Source: Macrostomum hystrix (taxonomy: Eukaryota > Animalia > Platyhelminthes). Taken from it: a DNA stretch of 64,000 nucleotides. How positions within the stretch are numbered: the stretch's first letter is position 1; each line of letters starts with the position of its first letter. The stretch lies in NCBI GenBank assembly GCA_950097015.1, contig CATNEN010000031.1:3519861-3583860 (forward strand). The letters run 5' to 3'. Below the pieces are notes generated by a model. It saw only the letters and a list, made by a program, of their open reading frames with translations, did no database searches and was not told the origin of the DNA. Shown one piece after another: positions 55,100 through 64,000 of this stretch. Made by a program: the position numbers and the translations under genes.

Positions 55100-56479
55100 A
55101 TCTTGAACAGATGCACTATGGAGGAAAAAAACAAAATTAATTTTTCAGAGAATTGTACGCAGGACAGTTTAGTTTACTTTTTATCTAATTTTGCATTGAC
55201 TGTAAGAAATTTCCCACAACAGGTAATCATCGCAACAGTTTTACGTGAGCTGAAATGTAATTTATACATGTAGTTACGGAATTGTGGCTATGTCAGAAAC
55301 GAGACCTCGCATACATGCATAAACAAAATTAGAGCTAAACTGATTTTCTGCGCGATTAATTGTTTCTATTCTGCGTGCACTAGCCATAACACTAATGCTC
55401 GTAATAAAGTTTGAATGCACCCTTATGTAGCCATACTGCATGGCTACTGCAAACAATTCGGAAGGTAATCGCTTAAGAGAAATAAATATGGCTATGGTAA
55501 CAAATATATACGTGTGTAAGGTGTATAAATACGATTTTTGTACAACGTAAGTTAATTAGCAGGAATATGCACCATGTAAATCACCGGCCGTCTCCATTGC
55601 TTACCCACGCAGGCGCTTTTGGTTCAAAGAATTAGCCACGTGACAGCTGTTTCGTTTAATAGATACGGTCGGTGAATCCAAGCTGCGCGTGTATTTCGTT
55701 AACCTTAACAGTAGAACTACCATGGGGGATTCCCCCTTGGTATAAGAACGGGCGGCAAAATGGCTTGGTAATACTACCGATAAAATTGATGAGAAAGTTT
55801 TTCGACAATTCACATCAAACTCAGACAACATTTACTAATACTCGTAGCTAAAATGCTGAATAGGCTAAATGCAATACTTGCAAAAGCAAGTTGTGACACA
55901 GCTGGTATATCAACATGACCCGGCCCTGCCAGAACGGGATCTGACAATGCCAGCAGTTGTCCGCGGCCGATAGCTTAAGCTCGTTTACTGGTCCCAGACT
56001 TTAATTACAGCGGCCTTCTATCATGAATTGGAAATGTCGATATAACTCCTAGATAAATAGAATAGAAATGCACAACTAACTTAGTTAGAGCTAGATTTAC
56101 AGCCAGTCGCACTTTACACCTTACACGTGTGTGTACTTAGTCGTTTCAGAAGAGCCCCGGAGTAGCCATACGCACCCAACTTTCTACCCCAGCATGGCAA
56201 GTTTAGACAGTTAAGATAACTGATGGAAATCTTGCTGAAGGACATACTGTTTAGTATCATAGACTGTACGTTTCGAAGTCCGAAGCCCTTACCCTCAGGC
56301 CAGAAACCTCCTTTGGTTGCGACAGAATTTCATAGCCATACGTACCGCCTAAATACAAACTATTTTATTGAATCGACCGCTTATTAATTATACTTTTCTT
56401 ATCTTTATCCTACATTGCTTACAGTAAATTTGGATGCCCTCAAATTCTAATTTGGTAATCTCAAAGGCCAGGCCTGTAG

Positions 56480-56900
56480 ATCTCTCCCTCAGCCAGCACG
56501 GCATCTCGGTAGATCTCTCCGAGCCTTGGGCCACCCTCGGCCAGCACGTCACCTCGGTAGTTCTCTCCGAGCCTTGGGCCACCCTCGGCCAGCACGGCAC
56601 TTCGGTAGATCTATCCGAGCCTTGGGCTACCCTCGGCAAGCACGGCACCTCGGTAGATCTCTCCGAGCCTTGGGCTACCCTCGGCCAGCACGGCCCCTCG
56701 GTAGATCTCTCAGAGCCTCGGGCCACCCTCGGCCAGCATGGCACCTCGGTAGATCTCTCAGAACCTTGGGCCTCTCTCAGCTAGCATGGCACCTCGGTAG
56801 ATCTCTCCGAGCCTTGGGCCACCCTCAGCCAGCACGGCACCTCGGTAGATCTCTCCGAGCCTTGGGCCACCCTCGGCCAGCACGGCACCTCGGTAGTAGA
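56480..56900 (+). repeat. 48-bp minisatellite (~9 copies)
   Basis: Unit cctcggtagatctctccgagccttgggccaccctcggccagcacggca. Confidence 0.93.
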
Positions 56901-58394
56901 TCTCTAATAACAGCTCACGCCTGTCTGTAGCTCCAAGGGATCATCAAACTTTTGGGAACCGGCTAACTGTAGCCCGCGTCAATTGCGACGACCAACCCGG
57001 GGAGGGAAAGAGCGCTTCTCCAGCGCAAATCTCCTCCTGGTCCGGCGTGCACGTGTGGGCTGAGTGGAAATGGACGGGGGAGAAAAATAATTAATTGGCG
57101 AAGGCGAACAACATTGCGACTGGCTTATTGACTGGCTTACTGGCGTAGCAAATTGATATTAGTTATTTGATTAAAAACGAGTTTTTGCCGTTTTTCTCAG
57201 TGGCCCAAAAGGATGTTGAAAAATTATTTTGCCGACAGGCAAATGGCGAAACAAGCGAAATGAAAATACAACTAACGCAAGATTGATAAACAACAGATAG
57301 AAATTACGAGTCTGAGTCTAAACTGGTATAATCAGATGCCAGTCAGATGATCCAGATACACGATGCATCTCAGGTGTCGGGTGGTAGCCTTCGAATTATA
57401 ATAAGACGTCTTTCAAACCAGCCGATCGTTCACACTGGCACAGACAACTTCAAGGTAAGATAACACTGGCAAAATAAATGCCAACATTAAACACAAAGCG
57501 ACATAATTCTGCTTGCCAATGAGAACGACCGGTTGATCCCCGGCTGAGCAACGTGCTGCAAGATGCAAGATTATACCTAACAAGATTATACCTAACCTAG
57601 GTTGCTAGTAATGGATAGGACAACTATCTTTGTCTCCGTTGTTTTGCGATTCTTAAAAAATATACAACTAAAATAGATTTTACGAAGAAAAATTTGATAG
57701 AGTTAAATATTTGATACTAAACATAAAATATTATACTTAATTTAAATAAAACGAGCGATATGGAAAACCAAACTAAACAAATAAGCGCGGGGAGACCATT
57801 GCGTCGTGAAGATGCTTTAGTAGCTTCGTAGTTAACAACAATGACGTTTACAAACAGACAGAAAAGATAGCATAAGTAGCGATTCCAGTTAATCAAAAGG
57901 AATCATGACGGGACAGATGCAATCCACAGCAACTTTTAAGTTTTAGACACTAAGTTTTTACTAAACAACTGGTTAATTATAAAATTCAGGGATAATAAAA
58001 GACGCACGAATGGTCATTAGAAGCAAAAGAAAATTTGTTATATTGAAACAATTTTGGTCGAATAATATTATTTTGATTTCGTATGGTTTATTTTACTTAT
58101 AAAATGGAGCCTTAGACCGTTGCTGAGATATAAGTGAGAAGTCCACAGACCTCCACAGACAGAGATGTGGACTACTTATTATAAATATAAAGTAAAACAA
58201 GCAATTACGTATTTTAAGAAACCAAGTCAAGAACCCGGAGCAAAAATTAATTATTACGACAAAAAAACAACAAACAAAGACCTACTACATACGAGAGCTT
58301 GTTGGACGGACAGCCCCGGTGTTGAGTCGAACGCAGAGTCTGCTTGCTGCGCACGAGTCACTGGAAAGCTGCGCCGACCCGTCTTGACTCGTCA

Positions 58395-60029
58395 TTAGCG
58401 CGACCCGACTGACCTGCTGCGACTCCTCGACTTGCGCTGACCAGCGGTGGCGCTAGCCGCCGCCATTGTCGCGCCGAGGCCCGGCGCTACCCGAGCGTGA
58501 CCTGGAAACTGAGCGAGAGCGAGAGCGCGACGGAGACCGCGAATGGGAACGGGACTTAGGACCGATAGGGAGATCGAGATCGGGACGCCGACTTGGCCTT
58601 GACAGGTTTGCTACTGTTATTCACCGGCGAGCGGGAGCGGGTCACAGATCGGGACTTGGAGTGATCCTTGGACCTGGATCGGCGATCCTTAGACCTGGAT
58701 CGGCTAACGGAACGAGACTTCGAGCGATCCTTAGACCTCGATCGGCTCACAGAGCGGGACCTAGACCTAGAGCGAGAACGGGACCTAGACCGGGATCTGG
58801 ACCGGGATCGAGAGCGCGAAGGCGAACGACGAGATCGACGCGAAGAGGAGCCTTGCCGGATTCTTCGACGCCGTCGACGCTAATTCGCAGCCGGCGGCCG
58901 TGCCACTCGTAGCCGTCATATTGTTTGAGCGCCCGGCGCATGTTCATCGCGGCTTTCGAATTCCCACGATGCCCTCGCCGCGAACCGGTCGGTGCACGTC
59001 AGCGAAAGTCACCTCGCCGGCGTGGCGCACAAGGTCTTTCAGGTCCTGCCACTTCACGTCGGAGCCGAGGTTTTTAACGACTAGGCGGGTGCCTATATAA
59101 CAGACGAAATTTATTAAGCAATAAGAAAGGATCGAATACGCGTTCGTCTCTCGCACCAAGGTCCCAGGCTCCCTGAGCTTGATGCCGCGGCGAAGCCACA
59201 TTCATTTAGGGAGCTTGTCGTCGTGCAATTTACGCTCTTGATGATGACCAACCTCCGAGGCACAGTGACAGTGTACACTGCCTGACGATGAGATAGTCAG
59301 AGCAGATAAATACACCCGTGTGTGTGCGTTCCTGTGTACAGCATACGCTTACGTGTGTGATCAGCAGTTAGCGAAATGGGGAGAATTGCCTCCTCGCTGG
59401 ATGTGTCTACTGTCACCAAATGATGTGTTATTGCCCGAAGTCCTACTGCAACTATTAGTACAATTAGTACCATTTCTTATTTCTTATTACAAATACGAAT
59501 GCAAGAAGGGACAAAAAGCAAATAATAAGACATACATTCGAGAATAGCACCTGTCTAAAAAAAGCCGCTATACAGGGGGAAATTCGCTACTTCTAAAAAG
59601 AATGAATAATATTTCAAGTGAACTATTGCTATCTGAGCAAAGCTGTGTAATAGCATTCTGCGATTGTACGATTGTTAGTAAGCAGGTAAAGCCAGCATTC
59701 TTCTATTTTGCAAAAAACGGTCTGAGACTAACCTGGTACGCGTAGGCGGGCCATATCGATCACGACCGCTGCCGCCGCTGCCTCCGCCGCCGCCTCCGCC
59801 AGGGCGCCGCTCAGAACGGGCCATCTCTAGTGTAACACGACAGCCACAGAGGTCCCGCCCATTCAGATAGTCGACGGCGTCCCTCGGCATCAGTAGAGGA
59901 GCTCAGCTGGACAAATCCGAAGCCATCGCGCAGCAGGATATCCTCTAGTGGGCCGTAGCGGTGAAAGAATTTAGCAATGTCACGCTTAGTCACTCGTGAT
60001 GACAAATTGCCAATGTATATGCGACGCAT
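58395..60029 (-). CDS. SRSF6: SR splicing factor, SRSF4/5/6 (B52/SRp55) family; 2 exons, multiple frameshifts as assembled
   Basis: Exon 1 (60029-59733) encodes RRM1 MRRIYIGNL...GFGFVQ...AVDYLNGRDLCGCRVTLEMAR. Exon 2 (59092-58395) encodes RRM2 RLVVKNLGSDVKWQDLKDLVRHAGEVTFADVH...MRRALKQYDG and an RS domain. About 7 single-base indels break the frame. Confidence 0.88.
59120..59470 (+). mobile_element. SINE family B copy, antisense in the SR gene intron
   Basis: Colinear with the reverse complement of 30860-31295. Confidence 0.85.
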
Positions 60030-61229
60030 ATTGAAACTACAGTTACAGAAAATTATAGAGCTGAAATCGAAAATTGAAATGATCAGCTATGATTGTCAGA
60101 TGTCTTATTTTCACAGAAAAATAGGATTGAATTATATTGTGTTTGTTGAATTTGTGGCAAATAATCAAATAGCACAAAAGCATCACATATACTATGATGA
60201 GGATTAATGATAATTTACATACCCTGTAAAAAGAAACAGTGGTGAAGTGAATAGAAGAGTGGTATAATATATCTGTATTTTGCATTAAGGTCCCTGATCT
60301 CAATTCTAATAATATACTGAGAGGCCACATTTATTTAGATATGCAATCGGGCATAAACATGGAGGAAAATGAGAAAGGGGTTAGATGAGACAGGGGAGAG
60401 ATGAGACAGAATAGATGAGACTGAGACAGAGATGATATAAGAAAAGAAAGAGATAAGACATGGGATAGATAAAACACAAGACAGATCAGCAACGTGAGAG
60501 ATGAGACAGGATATTATAGGTGTTGGAAGGGGCAATGGGCTAGATTTCGGAGCTTTGAATGTCATATCTGGTGCATAGGCTAGAGTTTGCTGACCCTAGA
60601 TTTTAGATTTTACATTCATTTTGATTTAAGAAATTCTTTATTGCAAATAGCAAAATAGCAAAATTGCAAATTTTTATGGGTCAAACCATAGGCATTGCCT
60701 GGCTATAGTATTTTTACTAATATCATTGCCAAGGCAATTTCTTAAATAAAACTTCAATTGGACATCTAAAAAACAAATGAAATAATTTGAATAATCTTTT
60801 TTTGCTTTCTGTTTAGAAATAAAACAATTTTGTTTCTTCTTTTACTTTAGAAAATTGAATAATTTTGGAAATTTCAACATATGATATGCCTGATAAACAA
60901 AGCTGCCTGATGTCTATAACATGTTTATACAAATAAAAGTAACTATTGTTATGACCTTTTTGTTATCCATTTTTAATTACAAAACAGTTAGTCTAGATTT
61001 TTACCAACATGGCCTTTTCCGTTTTAGTAATGTACTCAACACTGATAATAACAAAAAAATTCAACCCAATTAGCAATAATGTAAGATTAAGACTATATAC
61101 AATTTGATAATATATAAGAGATAAAAATGCTCACTAGAACTAGAGTTTTGAATTAGCTAACACAAAATCACTCATTAAAGAACAACAACAACAAAGGATA
61201 CAGGCCCAAAAAGTAAGGGAGGCATTATC

Positions 61230-61664
61230 GGTACATGGACACTTTGTCATCTTACAACTTCGTCATCTAGATGACGATCTGTCCAATATCTCAGAGGGTG
61301 GATGACAAAGAGACTTAGACTTGTGGACACTTTGTCATCTATAAAACAAAAGTTTTCAAAGTTACAACAGAACCACCCTCTTCACCTCCTCACATCGTGT
61401 TGGCACCTATCTTTCAACTCTTATAATGAAATCAGTTGACACCTCTTTATGACAATTTAGAGTGTGAAGTGTGTTCACACCTCTGTCCCACCACCCCACC
61501 CTCACTTTATTGATGACAAACTTGATTGCCTGTTATTAGTTGATGACAAACTGACCAAACTTTAAAGCATGCCAATTGGCTGGATGACGAAGTGTCTTAC
61601 CTTCCAAGTGGATGACGAAGTTGTAAGATGACAAAGTTGTAAGATGACAAAGTGTCTAGGATCC
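61230..61664. mobile_element. MITE with GG...CC TIRs and 8-bp TSD (Merlin-like)
   Basis: Left end ggtacatggacactttgtcatcttacaac; right end (reverse complement) ggatcctagacactttgtcatcttacaac. TSD gcattatc at 61222-61229 and 61665-61672. Internal gatgacaaa subrepeats. Confidence 0.85.
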
Positions 61665-62904
61665 GCATTATCAGATAGGAAACCACAGAGACTAAGTATA
61701 AACAAAGTCCAGAGTTATTTACATTATTTATAATATATCATTAATTTTAGTGAAATTTTTATAGAAAATACTATAATTAGCTTTTAGTTTAGGCCTAGTT
61801 CAATAATTTAATAATTTATTTCTAGGCCTTCATCAAGGAGAATAGACCATAACTTAAGTAAGTCTAGACTAAAAACAATAAACAATGTTTATTAAATAAA
61901 GTTATTGTAAATGTTAGGCCGAACAAAGTGAATAGATTCTTGTGTGGAAGAACAATCAAACCTAAGTTACTGTTTTTCGTTTTAAACAAAAATGACTTTA
62001 CTTATGTCGTTTACTGAAGTCTAAAAATTTAAATGATGTATAAAAAGTATGATAAATAATTACTAACCTAAGGTTAACCCATAGCTCTTAACCAAATGTA
62101 ATATAATAAGAGGCCTGGCCTAGACTAGACCTAGTCTAGCTAGACTAGAGTATTGGGCTTTTACACGGTTTCAGCCATCACCTTAAAGCTAAAGTGTAGG
62201 ATAGTCAAATGATCAAAATATTATGTAGGTATGTAGCCAGGTTAGAAAAAGGCTGGATAGTCATTCCAGCCAAGGCTTTGCTCGACTTGCGCATGGGATA
62301 GTCACGGCAGCCATTACTAAATGGGAATATTTACAGTTTGAATTCATTATTGCACGTACTGTACAAAGCAACTAGTTGATATAACAATTTAAAGTACGTA
62401 ATATGAGTTAAGCATTCTTAAAAACCAAAACATTCAAATTCACATAAAAATAAGTTTTTCTGTGATTAGTTCTTATCCAATGCAACAACCACACGTATAA
62501 ACTATTACGACATTAAAGACATAAAAATACATTTTCTTACATCCCACTTGAAAACGGCCACTTGATTTGTGAATCTCATCGTGGAAGCCTTAAAATATTT
62601 GAAGAGACGTTAGAAACCGTCATAACACACAGTAGAAAGTAGATGCTCAACTCATGCAACAAAAGTAGATGCTTAATACAGTCTTGCATGGCGTGGGTTG
62701 CGTGCGTGGTGTGTGCTTGCATGAATAGTACATGCAAGTGACAGGCATTCAAAAAGTTTCAGTAGCAGCGAAAAAATTTTTTTATGCATACATATTATAC
62801 AATATTTTAATTAAGAACATTGTTCATTTTATTCATAGCGTAATAATATATACACTCGAATATATAAATCAAAGCTATTATCATTGCAATCGAGGAGGAA
62901 GGGG

Positions 62905-63500
62905 TTAATAAAAGCAGAAATCGGAACTTAGCGGGAATCCTGCAGAAGCCATGCAGCATTGGCGTGGGCGTGAGCGGCGACTATTGTGCGGGCATTTACA
63001 GCCTGGAAAAGCTGCCCCGAGACGGCGGAAGATGCACCCCCGGGTCTCCCGCTCCGCAGGCTGGGCGCGGATGCGGGCCGCAAGAGCGTCTAGAAGCTCC
63101 TGAGCGTGGGGCCGAAAGGCGCCCAGAGTCCAACGCCGACCGTGCGAAAGCCGTGGTGATCGCCCAGTGCAGGCCGGCGTACTTGGCTGATTTGCCGGAC
63201 TCGGCCAGGTAGTAGCTGCTGTGCAGGGTGCGACGGTGGAGGCTAGCAGATGACTTGGGGCGCGGGTGTACATGATAGTTGCGTCCCAAGCCAACGTCCA
63301 CCCGCGCTCGAAGGCCGCCACCGTGGCGCCGTCCAGTTGGTGTCGAGACGCTGAAGGCTTTCAGCCCTGATCGGCAATGTGAATTTTTTCGAGGCTCTGA
63401 CCAGCACCATCCACGCGCCGGACGATCGAGGGTGTGGGACGAGATCTTAAGCATGGACGCCGGAACAGAAACGCACTACACGTGTCGCATCTTTGAAGCG
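62905..63500 (-). mobile_element. Decayed 3' end of a non-LTR retrotransposon with a restriction-like endonuclease (CRE/R2-group type)
   Basis: Stitching frames gives LDGATVAAFERGWTLAWDATI..AESGKSAKYAGL..TLGAFRPHAQELLDAL..IFRRLGAA.QAVNARTI. This matches the RPDG..WD.T..E..K..KY..ETLG..QRGNA pattern of RLE domains. Confidence 0.8.
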
Positions 63501-63689
63501 CATTCTAGGTTCAGAGTCAGATGAGACAGGTGGGAAGCTGAGACGGATTAAGGTAAAATTATCAAAAATTTACTTTGAATTCCTTTTTTGCACGTACTGT
63601 ACAAATAGCTTGTTAATATGACAATTAAGCATAGATATTTTTTTATTTAGCCGTTAAGTTGTATGTCAATTCGCGTAATTCATCGACAA

Positions 63690-63972
63690 TACGGACGTAA
63701 TAATGATTGATTGCACCAGCCCGATTGTGACAGCCGACAGCACAGCCGCAGCTGCACACGGCTGCTCAGTCTATAGACTGGGGGGACGCCACACCCACCC
63801 TCAAGTACCCCAGCTAATGCTGGCACCCATTTAACAGCTGGGTGAACTGACTGAAGCAGTGCATGCAAAGGTAAGTGTCTTGCTAAAGGACACAAATTGT
63901 TCCCGTGGAGTCAGGAATCGAACCCCCGACCTTCAAGTCATCAGTCCGACGCTCTAACCACAAGTCCTACAA
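63690..63972 (-). mobile_element. tRNA-derived SINE family A, most complete copy
   Basis: Minus strand: gttgtaggacttgtggttagagc (A-box), ggttcgattcc (B-box), tgtgtcctttagcaagacacttac...cacccagctgttaaatgggtgcc central domain, then a 3' region shared with the 51.3-kb and 3.6-kb copies. Confidence 0.88.
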
Positions 63973-64000
63973 CCTCCCTGATGAAGGCTCAACTCATATT

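Overview
Eukaryotic (animal) genomic DNA. GC-rich exons sit in AT-rich intergenic DNA, and many introns carry a private 17-48 bp minisatellite. The style suggests a Macrostomum-like flatworm (inference only). I could reconstruct, exon by exon, genes for AP-3 mu (+), enkurin (-), a rotund/LIN-29-like C2H2 zinc-finger factor (+), a small secreted knottin-like peptide (+), a ZDHHC9/14/18-type palmitoyltransferase (-), Rab6 (+), a sigma-type GST (+), a GPI-type aminopeptidase P (+) and an SRSF4/5/6-type SR protein (-). There are also two single-exon orphan ORFs (+). Mobile DNA includes two tRNA-derived SINE families (3 copies each), two Merlin-like TIR elements with 8-bp TSDs and two decayed non-LTR retrotransposon fragments. 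The most notable result is two U12-type (minor spliceosome) introns, one AT-AC in ZDHHC and one GT-AG in Rab6, in adjacent head-to-head genes. Both place the U12 branch site unusually far (about 34-37 nt) from the 3' splice site. The SR gene and the zinc-finger 5' exon carry several single-base frameshifts, which look most like long-read assembly errors.
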